Positions 1 to 10,262 of a stretch of DNA of 64,000 nucleotides are shown piece by piece. The first letter of the stretch is position 1. Every line of letters begins with the position of its first letter. The DNA lies in contig CAVVHS010000006.1 of assembly GCA_963748215.1 (NCBI GenBank), forward strand, positions 544,001 to 608,000, written 5' to 3'. The position numbers and the translations under genes were made by a program. The notes under the pieces are model-generated. The model did no database searches. It was not told the origin of the DNA and saw only the letters and a program-made list of their open reading frames with translations. The DNA is from an uncultured Gammaproteobacteria bacterium (GTDB lineage Bacteria; Pseudomonadota; Gammaproteobacteria; UBA9214).

Positions 1-1003
1 TAGCCTTTTTCGGGAACCTGAATACCATGTTCGCCAGGGCGATGCCGGCCTGGTACTCGGCCATGTGGGTAAATGGGTAGGGTCCGCAGACGTCGCCTGC
101 CGCGTAGATGTGGCGTTGCGAGGTGCGCTGCCGCGCGTTGACGCGGACTCCCGTCTTGTCGAACACGACGCCTGCCGCATCGAGGCCAAGCTCCAGCAGC
201 GCCGGGCGTCGACCGGTCGCCACCAGGATGCGCTCGCATTCGACGGTGGTGCCGTCGGCGAGCTGCAACTGGCGGCTGTCGCCATCGCGCCGCACCGACT
301 GGACGGCCGCGGCCGTGTGCACCTCGATCCCTTCCCGCTCCAGCACATTCTGCAATACCGCGGCCACGTCCGGTTCGCTCATGGGCAGAATCTGCCTGGC
401 CTGCTCGACCAGTGTCACGCGGGCGCCTAGGCGTGCGAAGGCCTGTGCCAGTTCCACGCCGACCGGGCCCGCCCCCAGCACGGCCAGGCGTCGCGGCAAC
501 TCACGCCGGGTGAAGATCGTTTCGTTGGTGTCGTAACCGGCCTCCGCCAGTCCCGGGATCGGCGGGATGGCCGGCGTGGAACCGGTGGCGATCAGAAAGC
601 GTCGGGCACGGATGATGTCATCCTCTACTGTGATTTCCCCGGGCCCGGTGAAGTGCGCTGCACCGAAGCGCACGTCGCAGCCGTAGCCGCGGAAGCGCTC
701 CGGATCGTCGTGCTGCTGAATCTGCCCGATGACGGCACGGACCCGGTCGATGGCTACGCCGAAATCGACCTCCGGCATACTCGACAGCAGGCCGTCGTGC
801 ACGCCTTGCCGGGTGACCTGTACGGTCTGTGCCAGGTGCAACAGGGTTTTGCTGGGCACACAGCCGGTGTGCAGGCAGTCACCGCCCAGCTGTGCGGACT
901 TTTCCACCAGTGTGACCCGCAGCCCGAGCTGTCCGGCGACGCTGGCCACCACCAGGCCGGCCGGCCCGCCGCCGATGATCGCGATATCCTGCCGGCGCTG
1001 CAT
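1..1003 (-). CDS. FAD-dependent pyridine nucleotide-disulfide oxidoreductase (MerA/LpdA-like), partial; runs off the left edge
   Basis: Manual translation from ATG 1003: MQRRQDIAIIGGGPAG (FAD motif), GGDCLHTGCVPSK (redox CxxxxC), later VLGAGPVG (NAD motif). Confidence 0.85.
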   Translation of the reverse strand, partial: MQRRQDIAIIGGGPAGLVVASVAGQLGLRVTLVEKSAQLGGDCLHTGCVPSKTLLHLAQTVQVTRQGVHDGLLSSMPEVDFGVAIDRVRAVIGQIQQHDDPERFRGYGCDVRFGAAHFTGPGEITVEDDIIRARRFLIATGSTPAIPPIPGLAEAGYDTNETIFTRRELPRRLAVLGAGPVGVELAQAFARLGARVTLVEQARQILPMSEPDVAAVLQNVLEREGIEVHTAAAVQSVRRDGDSRQLQLADGTTVECERILVATGRRPALLELGLDAAGVVFDKTGVRVNARQRTSQRHIYAAGDVCGPYPFTHMAEYQAGIALANMVFRFPKKA

Positions 1004-1008
1004 GACGG

Positions 1009-1665
1009 TCACCCTGCCCGGTTGCGGCGCAGGCGCAGGATGATGCGCGACAGGAAAGCGAGGCTCGCGACGACCGCCAGCGCCAGCAGGGCCTTGCGCA
1101 CCACGTCCTGGCCACCACCGGCCAGCTCGCGGCCGGCATAGCCGAGATAGGTGTAGGCGGCACCACCGGGGGCCATGAAGATGAAGGAGCTGATGATGTA
1201 GTGTGAGAGGCGGATGCGCGTAAGTCCCAGGGCATAGTTCAGCAGGTTGAACGGAAACAGCGGTACCAGGCGCACGAATGCGACGAAACGCCAGCCCTCA
1301 TCCTCCACGCCCTCGACCAGGGTGCGCAGGCGGCTGCCGGCGCGCTGCGCGATCCGGTCCTGGACGAGATAGCGCGCGATCAGGAACGCCAGCGTGGCAC
1401 CCAGTGTCGCGCCGGTCAGGCTGTACAGCGTGCCGTATACGGGTCCGAACAGCGCACCGCCGGCCAGCGTGAACAGCAGGCCGGGCAGGAAAAATACCGT
1501 GGCAATGGCGTAGCCGCCGATGAATACCAGCGGCGCCAGCACACCGAGCTGGCCGACCCAGGCCGTCAGCGCATCGGCCGATAGCCGATCACGCCAGTAA
1601 AAGGCGGCGCCGATACCGGCCAGCAGCAGGCACAGCAGCAATACCCGGCGCGCGGTCGCCGTCAC
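1009..1665 (-). CDS. TVP38/TMEM64 (DedA/SNARE-associated) membrane protein
   Basis: GxxFG and RLVPLFPFNLLNYALG motifs; GTG start overlaps the upstream stop. Confidence 0.85.
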   Translation of the reverse strand: MTATARRVLLLCLLLAGIGAAFYWRDRLSADALTAWVGQLGVLAPLVFIGGYAIATVFFLPGLLFTLAGGALFGPVYGTLYSLTGATLGATLAFLIARYLVQDRIAQRAGSRLRTLVEGVEDEGWRFVAFVRLVPLFPFNLLNYALGLTRIRLSHYIISSFIFMAPGGAAYTYLGYAGRELAGGGQDVVRKALLALAVVASLAFLSRIILRLRRNRAG

Positions 1666-2513
1666 TGGGGCTGTTTCCAGCTGCGCCGGTTGATGGCGTA
1701 GTCGATGACCTTGCCGCTGAACGGCTGCAGCAACAGGCCAGGTAACCGCACGCAGTGCGCGGCATCGCGCCAGGTATCGATACCGATGGTCATGCCGGTG
1801 TGGCCGTCCTCGGGCTGGGCGCGGTAGGTGCCGAGCAGGCGGTCCCACAGCGACAGGCTGAAACCGAAGTTGGAATTCGTCTCGTGCTCGAGATGCGAAT
1901 GGTGCACGCGGTGCATGTCCGGCGTGACGATGAACAGGCGCAGGTAGCGGTCCAGCCACAACGGCAGCCGCACATTGCCGTGGTTGAACATGGACGTGGC
2001 ATTCAGCACGACCTCGAAAATCACCACCGCCAGCAGCGGCGGTCCCAGCAGCACGATGGCGGCGAACTTGATCAGCATCGACAGGATGATCTCGATGGGA
2101 TGAAAGCGTGCCCCGGTGGTGACATCGAAATCCAGGTCCGCGTGATGCACGCGGTGCAGGCGCCACAGCGCCGGTACCGCGTGAAACATGACATGCTGCA
2201 GGTAGATCAGGCCGTCCAGGATCACCACCGTCGCGACCACGGCCAGTATGTCGGGGATATCGACCTGGTTGAACAGTCCCCACTGCCGCTCATTGCACAG
2301 GGCGGCCACGCCCACGGCGGCGGTCGGGAACAGCAACCGGAGCAGCAGCGTGTTGAGGACCACCAGCGTAATGTTGTTCAGCCAGCGCGAGCCCTTCGGC
2401 TGGGTCAGGCTGCGCCGCGGTGCCAGCACCTCCCACGCGGCCATGGCCAGAAAAACACCGAAGAAGGCAGCCAGGCGTATCGTGGTCTCGTGCGTGCTGA
2501 CGAACTCATCCAT
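1662..2513 (-). CDS. Sterol desaturase / fatty acid hydroxylase family protein
   Basis: His boxes HVMFH, HRVHH, FNH, HRVHHS; start at MDEFV. Confidence 0.9.
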   Translation of the reverse strand: MDEFVSTHETTIRLAAFFGVFLAMAAWEVLAPRRSLTQPKGSRWLNNITLVVLNTLLLRLLFPTAAVGVAALCNERQWGLFNQVDIPDILAVVATVVILDGLIYLQHVMFHAVPALWRLHRVHHADLDFDVTTGARFHPIEIILSMLIKFAAIVLLGPPLLAVVIFEVVLNATSMFNHGNVRLPLWLDRYLRLFIVTPDMHRVHHSHLEHETNSNFGFSLSLWDRLLGTYRAQPEDGHTGMTIGIDTWRDAAHCVRLPGLLLQPFSGKVIDYAINRRSWKQPQ

Positions 2514-3528
2514 GCTGCTGTCGGTATCCGGTTGATAAGGGTTGCTGTTGCGCGGCATTCATCACCTGAGCCAGTGCCGCGACGACGACCTCGGTGCCGG
2601 CTGACGGGTCTGGCGCATGGCAGCTCAGTTCCCGGCGCCAGGCGCGTGCGCCCGGCATACCCTGGAACAGACCCAGCATGTGCCGCGTAATGTGTTTGAG
2701 CGGTGTGCCGTCGTTCAGTTCCCTTTCAATATATGTCAGCATCCCTGCGACCACCTGCTCACGCGTCGGCAGTGCTTGGTGGTCGTCGAAGAAACGGCCG
2801 TCCACGTCCGCCAGCAGCCAGGGATTGTGGTAGACGGCACGTCCCAGCATGACACCGTCCACCTGTCGCAGCTGTTCCGCTGCCCCAGCCAGCGAATCGA
2901 TACCGCCGTTGACGATGATCGCCAGTTCGGGAAAGTCACGCTTGAGCTGCCTGACGACACCGTATTGCAGCGGCGGAATGCTCCGGTTCTCCTTCGGGCT
3001 CAGGCCCTGCAGCCATGCCTTGCGTGCATGGACGATGAAGCTGCGGCAGCCGGCCACGGCAACCGTCTGCACGAAATCCGCCAGCGCTTCATAGGAATCA
3101 CGATCGTCGATACCGATGCGGGTCTTGACGGTAACCGGGATGCCGGCCGCGCTGGCCATGGCCGCAACGCATTCCGCCACCAGCTCCGGTTCCGCCATCA
3201 GGCAGGCGCCGAAACGCCCTGACTGCACGCGGTCGCTGGGACAGCCGACATTGAGATTGATTTCGTCGTAGCCGCGGTCCGCAGCAATGGCGGCGCAGGT
3301 GGCCAGTGCGGCGGGGTCGCTGCCGCCCAGCTGCAGCGCCACCGGGTGCTCCGCCGGATCGTATCGCAGGTAGCGCTCGCGTGCGCCGTGCAGGATGGCC
3401 CCCGTGGTCACCATCTCCGTGTACAGCAGCGCATGCCGGCTCAGCAGCCTGAACAGGTAGCGGCAATGGCGGTCGGTCCAGTCCAGCATGGGCGCGACTG
3501 CGAAGCGATGCGTGATGCTGTGTGTGAT
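2506..3528 (-). CDS. dusA: tRNA-dihydrouridine(20/20a) synthase DusA; first ATG is at 3489 but homology extends to about 3528
   Basis: [44 protein letters not shown] motifs. Confidence 0.93.
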   Translation of the reverse strand: MTHSITHRFAVAPMLDWTDRHCRYLFRLLSRHALLYTEMVTTGAILHGARERYLRYDPAEHPVALQLGGSDPAALATCAAIAADRGYDEINLNVGCPSDRVQSGRFGACLMAEPELVAECVAAMASAAGIPVTVKTRIGIDDRDSYEALADFVQTVAVAGCRSFIVHARKAWLQGLSPKENRSIPPLQYGVVRQLKRDFPELAIIVNGGIDSLAGAAEQLRQVDGVMLGRAVYHNPWLLADVDGRFFDDHQALPTREQVVAGMLTYIERELNDGTPLKHITRHMLGLFQGMPGARAWRRELSCHAPDPSAGTEVVVAALAQVMNAAQQQPLSTGYRQQHG

Positions 3529-3594
3529 GCCGGTCTCTCCCGTTTACAGTATTTGACGACGCCCGCCGATAGCCTGACAGGTTATACGCAGGTT

Positions 3595-3610
3595 AGTGAT
3601 TTCAATCACA
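3595..3610. promoter_or_regulatory. Possible CRP/FNR-family binding site in the divergent dusA intergenic region
   Basis: AGTGA-TTTCAA-TCACA, one mismatch to TGTGA-N6-TCACA, in an AT-rich spacer. Confidence 0.3.
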
Positions 3611-3706
3611 TTATATTCAATTATCGCTTTTGTATTTCAGGCCTGAATGCTATAGTGCAGGCACCCCGGTGGGATTGTAAATGATATGTTTACCAAGGAG
3701 TTAGCT

Positions 3707-4006
3707 ATGAACCGTGTGCGCACACTGCTGCTGTCCCTGGCATTGCCCCTGACATTGGCCGGACCGGTAACGGCCGACGTGTTGCTGGTCGACAGTATCG
3801 AGTCCGCCCCTGCCATACAGACCCCGCGGGCCGGATTGAGCATGTCCGGCGTACGCCAGACGTTCGGAAGTCCGGCGGTCGAACAGCCCACCGTATCCGT
3901 CAATGGCGGGCCGTTTCAGCCACCGATCACGCGCTGGGACTACGATGGCTTCTCGGTCATCTTCGAGAATGACCGGGTGGTGCATTCCGTCGTCCACCGA
4001 CAGTAA
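3707..4006 (+). CDS. Small exported conserved hypothetical protein
   Basis: AAGGAG RBS, signal peptide, PPITRWDY-x-F-x-V-x-FE motif. Confidence 0.7.
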   Translation: MNRVRTLLLSLALPLTLAGPVTADVLLVDSIESAPAIQTPRAGLSMSGVRQTFGSPAVEQPTVSVNGGPFQPPITRWDYDGFSVIFENDRVVHSVVHRQ

Positions 4007-4018
4007 ACCAATCCGCAT

Positions 4019-5110
4019 TTGCTGATGTATCATAGCCGGTCTCATGACCGGCTATTGTTTTATTGTACTCACGTGCTGATATCCGAATTCGCATCCCAAT
4101 CGGGGGTAATACTCACCTGGCCGCACCGGCACTCGGACTGGCAAGACCAGCTTGCCGGTATCGAGCCGGTCTACATCGACATTGCGCGTGCCGTGGTCGA
4201 TCGCGAACACCTGCTGGTCATCTGCTATGACACCGAGCACCGGCAACATGTGCAGTCCGTACTGAGCGGGGCCGGCATCGTGCTGGACCGGGTCGTCTTC
4301 TGCTGCATACGCACCAACGATACCTGGGTGCGTGATTACGGTCCCCTGACGATACTTGCCGATGGCCGGCCGGCACTGCAGGATTATGTGTTCAATGCCT
4401 GGGGCGGCAAGTACAGCGCCACGCTGGATGATGCCGTTGCCGACAGCCTTTATGCCGCCGGCCTGTTCGGGACACTCGAGTATCAGCGCCTGCCACTGGT
4501 GCTGGAAGGTGGCAGTATCGATACCGACGGCGCGGGCTCGCTGCTGACGACGTCGCACTGCCTGCTGTCGCCGACCCGAAACCCCGGGCTGGACAAGCCG
4601 GCACTGGAAGTGGCGCTGCGCGAACACCTCGGAATTGAACGGGTGCTGTGGCTGGAGCATGGCGAGCTGGCCGGCGATGACACCGATGCGCACGTCGACA
4701 TGCTGGCACGCTTCTGCAATGCAGACACCATCGCCTACGCGCACTGCCCCGACCGTGCTGATATGCATTTTGCAGAACTGGCAGCCATGGAACAGGAGCT
4801 GCAGGCTTTCCGCACCCTGACCGGCGCGCCCTACCGGCTGGTACCGCTACCCCTGCCACGGGCTGTCCAGAACGCCAGTGGACAACGCCTGCCAGCGAGT
4901 TATGCCAACTTCCTGGTGATCAACGACGCGGTATTGCTGCCGGTCTACGACGATCCCGCCGACGCCATTGCAGTGCAGCGGCTGCAGGACTGTTTCCCCG
5001 GGCGCGACATCATACCGATCAACTGCCTGCCCTTGATCCAGCAATTCGGCAGTCTGCATTGCGCTACAATGCAGCTCCCGGCGGGCGTCCTCAAGGCGGC
5101 AAGTGACTGA
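4019..5110 (+). CDS. aguA: Agmatine deiminase family protein (start uncertain)
   Basis: LTWPH, DTWVRDYGP, LEGGSI, DDTDAHVD, GSLHCATMQ motifs. Confidence 0.85.
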   Translation: MLMYHSRSHDRLLFYCTHVLISEFASQSGVILTWPHRHSDWQDQLAGIEPVYIDIARAVVDREHLLVICYDTEHRQHVQSVLSGAGIVLDRVVFCCIRTNDTWVRDYGPLTILADGRPALQDYVFNAWGGKYSATLDDAVADSLYAAGLFGTLEYQRLPLVLEGGSIDTDGAGSLLTTSHCLLSPTRNPGLDKPALEVALREHLGIERVLWLEHGELAGDDTDAHVDMLARFCNADTIAYAHCPDRADMHFAELAAMEQELQAFRTLTGAPYRLVPLPLPRAVQNASGQRLPASYANFLVINDAVLLPVYDDPADAIAVQRLQDCFPGRDIIPINCLPLIQQFGSLHCATMQLPAGVLKAASD

Positions 5111-6002
5111 CATGAATGACAGGATTATCAGGGTTGCACTGGTGCAGCATGGCTGCAACACCGATTCCCAGGCGAACCTTGCAGCCACCATCGCCGGCAT
5201 CGAGAACGCCGCCGCCAACGGGGCGCAACTGGTGCTGCTGCAGGAACTGCACCGCGGCACTTACTTCTGCCAGGTGGAGGACGCCAGCAATTTTGACCAG
5301 GCGGAATCCATTCCTGGCCCGACCACCGAACGGCTCGGCAAACTGGCCGCGCAACACCAGCTGGTCATCGTTGCATCGCTGTTCGAGAAACGCACCGCCG
5401 GTCTGTATCACAACACCGCAGTGGTACTCGATGCCGACGGTTCGATTGCCGGCCGCTACCGCAAGATGCACATACCGGATGACCCCGGTTACTATGAGAA
5501 ATACTATTTCACGCCCGGCGATCTCGGTTTCACACCGATCGATACCTCGCTGGGCAGGCTCGGCGTACTGATATGCTGGGATCAGTGGTACCCGGAAGCC
5601 GCGCGCCTGATGGCACTGGCCGGTGCAGAACTGCTGCTGTACCCGACCGCAATCGGCTGGGACTACGACGACAGCAGCGACGAACAGGCACGGCAGCGCG
5701 AGGCCTGGCTGACGGTGCAACGCGGCCATGCCATCAGCAACTGCCTGCCCGTGCTGACCTGCAACCGGATCGGTCATGAACCGGATTCGTCCGGCGCGAC
5801 CGCCGGAATCCGCTTCTGGGGCAGCAGCAGCGTGATCGGGCCACAGGGTGAATTGCTCGCACAGGCCGGAACGGACGATGCGGAGACGCTGGTAGTGCCG
5901 GTGGATCTGGGACGCACCGAGCAGTTGCGACGCAGCTGGCCATTCCTGCGCGACCGTCGCATCGATGCCTACCAGCCGCTGACCGAGCGATTTCGCGACT
6001 AG
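5103..6002 (+). CDS. aguB: N-carbamoylputrescine amidase (carbon-nitrogen hydrolase)
   Basis: LQELH, YRKMHIPDDPGYYEKYYF, ICWDQWYPE motifs; coupled to the deiminase gene. Confidence 0.88.
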   Translation: MTDMNDRIIRVALVQHGCNTDSQANLAATIAGIENAAANGAQLVLLQELHRGTYFCQVEDASNFDQAESIPGPTTERLGKLAAQHQLVIVASLFEKRTAGLYHNTAVVLDADGSIAGRYRKMHIPDDPGYYEKYYFTPGDLGFTPIDTSLGRLGVLICWDQWYPEAARLMALAGAELLLYPTAIGWDYDDSSDEQARQREAWLTVQRGHAISNCLPVLTCNRIGHEPDSSGATAGIRFWGSSSVIGPQGELLAQAGTDDAETLVVPVDLGRTEQLRRSWPFLRDRRIDAYQPLTERFRD

Positions 6003-6086
6003 CTGACAGACTCGACGTGGCTGCGTGGCAGGCAGCTGCATGGATTCATGCTAGTGTTTTTTTACTGAAGATGGTGGACCAGGATA

Positions 6087-7220
6087 ATGATTCTCATTTT
6101 ATCTCCGGATACCGACAAGGACGGCGAAGAGTACCGGCAACTGCTGGAGTTTCTCTCCAACCTGAACAATATCCAGACGCGTGTACACGATGAAAAAGGT
6201 ATCCAGCAGACGCTGACAGAAATCTACCTGGTGGGTGACACGGCATCGCTGCAGACCGGGGACATGGCCAGCCTGCCCTGCGTCGAGCGCGTGGTTCGCG
6301 TGTCGGAGGAATACCGCATACTCGGCCGCCACCACGATGACAAGCGCCCCACCTGGTTCGACTACAACGGCATCCGCTTCGGCCAGGACAACCTGAATGT
6401 CTTCGCCGGGCTGTGCGCCGTGGACACACCCGAACACGTTGAACTGATGATGAAGGCGCTGAAGGAACACGGCCAGCAGTGCACGCGCATGGGCGCCTAC
6501 AAGCCGCGCACCAATCCCTACTCGTTTCAGGGGCACGGCAAGAAATGCCTGCCCTGGGTGTTCGAACTGGCCGGCAAGTACGGCATCAAGGTGATCGCAA
6601 TGGAGGTCACCCACGATTCGCATGTCACGGAAATCCACGAGGCGCTCGAGCAGACGGGTCATCCAACCGGTGTTATGCTGCAGGTCGGTACCCGCAATAC
6701 ACAGAATTTCGAATTGCTCAAGGTGATCGGTCGCGAACCCGAGTTCCCCGTGCTGCTCAAACGCGGTTTCGGCATTACACTCGAGGAATCGCTGAATGCG
6801 GCGGAGTACCTGGCCAGCGAAGGCAACCGTCGCGTCGTGTTCGGCCTGCGCGGCATGAAGACCAACATGGGTGATCCGCATCGCAACTTCATCGATTTCG
6901 CCCAGGTACCTGTCGTGCATCGGCTGACCCGCATGCCGGTCTGTATCGATCCTTCACATTCGGTAGGCTCAAGAGACGCGACCAGCGAGGGCATTCTCGA
7001 TATCTTCCATGTGACTGCACAGGGCATCATCGCCGGCGCCAACATGGTCCTGGCGGACTTCCACCCCTTCCCGAGCAAGGCACTCGTCGACGGGCCACAG
7101 GCGCTGCATATGGACGAGCTGGGATATTTCCTCGAGGATATCCGGATTGCGAGGAAAGCCTACGAGGCCCGGCTTGCATTACACGCAAAACATGTAAAGA
7201 AAATCAACAAGGCCGGCTAG
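6087..7220 (+). CDS. 3-deoxy-7-phosphoheptulonate (DAHP) synthase, class I-beta, with N-terminal regulatory domain
   Basis: GAYKPRTNPYSFQG, GTRNTQNFELL, LLKRG, DPSHSVG motifs. Confidence 0.88.
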   Translation: MILILSPDTDKDGEEYRQLLEFLSNLNNIQTRVHDEKGIQQTLTEIYLVGDTASLQTGDMASLPCVERVVRVSEEYRILGRHHDDKRPTWFDYNGIRFGQDNLNVFAGLCAVDTPEHVELMMKALKEHGQQCTRMGAYKPRTNPYSFQGHGKKCLPWVFELAGKYGIKVIAMEVTHDSHVTEIHEALEQTGHPTGVMLQVGTRNTQNFELLKVIGREPEFPVLLKRGFGITLEESLNAAEYLASEGNRRVVFGLRGMKTNMGDPHRNFIDFAQVPVVHRLTRMPVCIDPSHSVGSRDATSEGILDIFHVTAQGIIAGANMVLADFHPFPSKALVDGPQALHMDELGYFLEDIRIARKAYEARLALHAKHVKKINKAG

Positions 7221-7329
7221 CAATGCGGCACCATCGCCTGAAGGATACGGGCGAGCTGTCGATGCAGCGCATACCGCCTGTCACTGAAAATCGATACCGG
7301 CATCACCAAAACTGGAGGAAAACCCCGTA

Positions 7330-7533
7330 GTGAAGCACCTATTGATCGCCTTGTCACTGCTCATGACATCCGTTATGCAGCCGTTAATGGCCGGTGAGAC
7401 GGCAGATACCGCTACCAGACCACCGCCAGCGGAGCAGCCGGCGGATACTTCCAGCACCGGTAACGGCGGCGAAGCTGACACAAAGCCGCCGGTAAACAAA
7501 ACCGCTGAAGAGGAAGAACCGGATTGCGAATGA
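7330..7533 (+). CDS. Small secreted acidic protein ending EEEEPDCE
   Basis: GGAGGA RBS, signal peptide, low-complexity linker, single C-terminal Cys. Confidence 0.6.
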   Translation: MKHLLIALSLLMTSVMQPLMAGETADTATRPPPAEQPADTSSTGNGGEADTKPPVNKTAEEEEPDCE

Positions 7534-7593
7534 CAGATCGCTGTTTACCCGGCGTTGAAATGTAAATTCCCAGACAACAGAAGGAGCCAACAC

Positions 7594-8259
7594 ATGAAGT
7601 TAATCGAAAATCCTGTCCTGTCTTTGCTCATTGTCGCGGCAATCACGTCGCCAGTCTCGCTCATGGCTGCCAATGAGATCGCCGTCAAGATCACCCCGGA
7701 CATGGCCTCGGCCGATGTCATGCACAAGGGCAAGAAGACCACGATTTCGCGCATCCAGAACCAGAACAACGCCGTCAACCCGGCGTTTGGCAAGACCTCC
7801 AGGAAATGCCCGCCGTTCTGCATCCAGCCTGCCACGCTGGCACCCGGCGTCGAGACCATTGCGGAACTCGAGGTCATCGACTACCTCAGGAAAATGGCCG
7901 CCGGCGACGAAAGCATCCTGGTCATCGATTCACGCACCCCTGACTGGGTGAAGAAAGGCACTATCCCGGGATCGGTAAACATTCCCTGGACTGCACTGAA
8001 CCCGGCCCAGGGTGCGGATCCGATGTCGATTGGCGAGATCTTCACCGACCGTTTCAATGTCAGGGAGCAGGAAGGCCTGTGGGATTTCAGCAATGCCAGG
8101 ACGCTGGTGATGTTCTGTAACGGGATGTGGTGCGGTCAGTCACCGAACAATATCCAAAACCTGCTCAGGTTCGGCTACCCGGCGGACAAGCTCAAGTGGT
8201 ACCGCGGCGGTATGCAGGACTGGGAAATTCTCGGCCTCACCACCGTACCGGGGCAGTAA
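7594..8259 (+). CDS. Periplasmic rhodanese, SoxL-like sulfurtransferase
   Basis: AGGAG RBS, signal peptide, CPPFC, FCNGMWCGQS, WYRGGMQDW motifs. Confidence 0.85.
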   Translation: MKLIENPVLSLLIVAAITSPVSLMAANEIAVKITPDMASADVMHKGKKTTISRIQNQNNAVNPAFGKTSRKCPPFCIQPATLAPGVETIAELEVIDYLRKMAAGDESILVIDSRTPDWVKKGTIPGSVNIPWTALNPAQGADPMSIGEIFTDRFNVREQEGLWDFSNARTLVMFCNGMWCGQSPNNIQNLLRFGYPADKLKWYRGGMQDWEILGLTTVPGQ

Positions 8260-8290
8260 GCCCGGCCGTTACCGTTCGCTCGGCCTGAAT

Positions 8291-8322
8291 AATGCCCGCA
8301 TCGCAGGATGCGGGCATTTTTT
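8291..8322 (+). terminator. Rho-independent terminator
   Basis: aatgcccgcatc-gcag-gatgcgggcatt stem followed by a T run. Confidence 0.8.
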
Positions 8323-8348
8323 GCGCGGCAACCGGCGGATAACCGCCG

Positions 8349-8370
8349 CCCGGTGAGGAATGCGGGCTAG
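8349..8370. repeat. Solo copy of the terminal inverted repeat of the 24416-24914 element
   Basis: cccggtgaggaatgcgggct matches 24895-24914 at 19/20; its CTAG supplies the stop codon of the adjacent gene. Confidence 0.7.
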
Positions 8371-9104
8371 AATTCGTACTCCAGCAGCAGCCTGACGGTG
8401 CGATCGGGCGTCGCGTCCTTCATGCCAATGATCAGCCCGCCTTCCCAGTGCAACTGCTTGCCAGGAGCCAGTCGGTAGTTACCCATGAGCACAGGTCCGG
8501 CGCCGAGGATGCCTTCTCCGCTGTAGAACTCCAGCGCCGGCTCCAGCGACTTCGACAGCCGGTAGCGCGCCTGCAGCGCGAGCGCCGTCTCGAATTCGTT
8601 GCTGACATCATCCCCGAACTCGTAGGCCATGGAGAGATTCGCGGTACCCGTCCATTGCTGCCACTCCGTCTCGGCGAGCAGGGTACCGGAAATCTCCATC
8701 CTGTCGGGGTCTTCCGCCGAGGCGACTTCGAACAGCAACCCCCAGTCCGCGGCATACTCGCCCTGCTCGGTGATCTGCCAGAGGGCCTCCACTTCGTACT
8801 CGCTGAGACGGAAGGAGTTCATGCTGTCCTTCTCGCCGATCAGGTACACCTCGCCGAACCAGTTGTCACTGAACGCCATGCCGTAACCGAGACGCCAGGT
8901 CTGCCGGTCAACGTAGCGCGGGTTGCCACCGTTTTCCAGCGATGTCCTGAGCTCGAGTTCGCGCTCGAGGGGCTGCACATACGGATGGTATATCTTGTCA
9001 ATGACGCCACCATCGGCGTGTGCGGCATGCTGCCCGGCCAGTGCGATATGAAAAACCCACAGCAGGCATCTTAATGTACGTGGCGCGGACAGGTTCATAG
9101 TCAT
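8367..9104 (-). CDS. Exported, probable outer-membrane beta-barrel protein linked to the Ftr iron module
   Basis: Signal peptide, DKIYHPYV motif, amphipathic strands, C-terminal LEYEF. Confidence 0.7.
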   Translation of the reverse strand: MTMNLSAPRTLRCLLWVFHIALAGQHAAHADGGVIDKIYHPYVQPLERELELRTSLENGGNPRYVDRQTWRLGYGMAFSDNWFGEVYLIGEKDSMNSFRLSEYEVEALWQITEQGEYAADWGLLFEVASAEDPDRMEISGTLLAETEWQQWTGTANLSMAYEFGDDVSNEFETALALQARYRLSKSLEPALEFYSGEGILGAGPVLMGNYRLAPGKQLHWEGGLIIGMKDATPDRTVRLLLEYEF

Positions 9105-9907
9105 GCAGTCTCCCGTGTGCCCTTGCGCTGCAGTCTGCGCCGGAATGCGGAGCCTGCGCTGACTATCAGCATGAGCAGCGCTCCGCCGAAATAGAATCCC
9201 GCCTGGATAGCCGTTGGCGTGGCCTCGTAACCGAGCAGTGCATAGAGTAACTGGCCGGTCACCGAGTCCTCCGCAATCACGGAGGAGCTGTCCCAGACCG
9301 GCAGCTGTGCGGGCAGCCAGTCGGCCTGTATCAAAAGCAACGCCGCCTGCGAGACGAGCCCCGCCGCCACCAGCATCAGCAGGAACAGGCTGACGTAATG
9401 CGAAGGGATGTGCGGCATGCTGCGCAACAGGTAATAAATCAGCGCACCGATGCTGATACCGATGCCGGCGCCGATTGCCGAGCCGACCAGCACAACCAGC
9501 AGCTGTTTCAGGTTGCCGGCAAAACCGAACACGTAGACCAGGATCTCGAAGCCTTCCCGGGTAATCGCAAGTGCCACAATCGCTGCCATGACGATCGAGA
9601 GCGCCCCGGTGCTGCATTTCTCCGTCCTGGCCGGGTTTCCCAGAAGCAACAGCAGGACCGCGATGGCCAGGTAAATCGCGAATTGCAGGCTGGCGCTGCT
9701 GACTTCCTGGCCGACGCCGTCAAACCAGTTCGATACTGTGTCGATGCCATAGCCGAGACCGATTGCCGATGCCATGCCGCAGGCCAGCGCCAGGCCTATC
9801 CAGCCGCGACTGATGCCGTGCGCGGCGGACAGTGCAGACAGGATGCTGATCAGCAGCGCGGCCTCGAGCACCTCGCGCAGCACGATTATGACCGATGTCA
9901 GCAACAT
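9101..9907 (-). CDS. FTR1-family iron permease
   Basis: Two RExxE motifs (REVLE, REGFE); multi-pass membrane protein. Confidence 0.9.
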   Translation of the reverse strand: MLLTSVIIVLREVLEAALLISILSALSAAHGISRGWIGLALACGMASAIGLGYGIDTVSNWFDGVGQEVSSASLQFAIYLAIAVLLLLLGNPARTEKCSTGALSIVMAAIVALAITREGFEILVYVFGFAGNLKQLLVVLVGSAIGAGIGISIGALIYYLLRSMPHIPSHYVSLFLLMLVAAGLVSQAALLLIQADWLPAQLPVWDSSSVIAEDSVTGQLLYALLGYEATPTAIQAGFYFGGALLMLIVSAGSAFRRRLQRKGTRETA

Positions 9908-9917
9908 GAAGAGGTCC

Positions 9918-10262
9918 TCATTCCGCGATCACCTTGCCCTGTGCCGTTTTCGGGTGGAATTCGCCGAAAAACGGATACTCGCCAGGCGCCAGTGGACCGA
10001 TGAAAACCACCGCCGTGCGCCGTCCCATGATGACTTTTTCGCGGTTCAGCTCGTAACTCTCGAATTCCTCCGGTGTCGGGTCGTTATTGGTGATCAGCAG
10101 CTTGACCTTCGTGTGCGCAGGCACGACCAGCTCGGATGGCCAGAACAGGTGATTGCGAATCTCCAACTCGAATACCGGCTTGCCCGCCACGGCAGGCCCG
10201 GCTGTAGCGGATGCAAGCAGCAGTGCAGCGAGAACACCTGGCATGCGCTGCAGCGTTCTCAT
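9918..10262 (-). CDS. Periplasmic cupredoxin-domain protein (FtrB/EfeO-N-like)
   Basis: Signal peptide, PEEFES, GEYPFFGEFHP motifs. Confidence 0.85.
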   Translation of the reverse strand: MRTLQRMPGVLAALLLASATAGPAVAGKPVFELEIRNHLFWPSELVVPAHTKVKLLITNNDPTPEEFESYELNREKVIMGRRTAVVFIGPLAPGEYPFFGEFHPKTAQGKVIAE

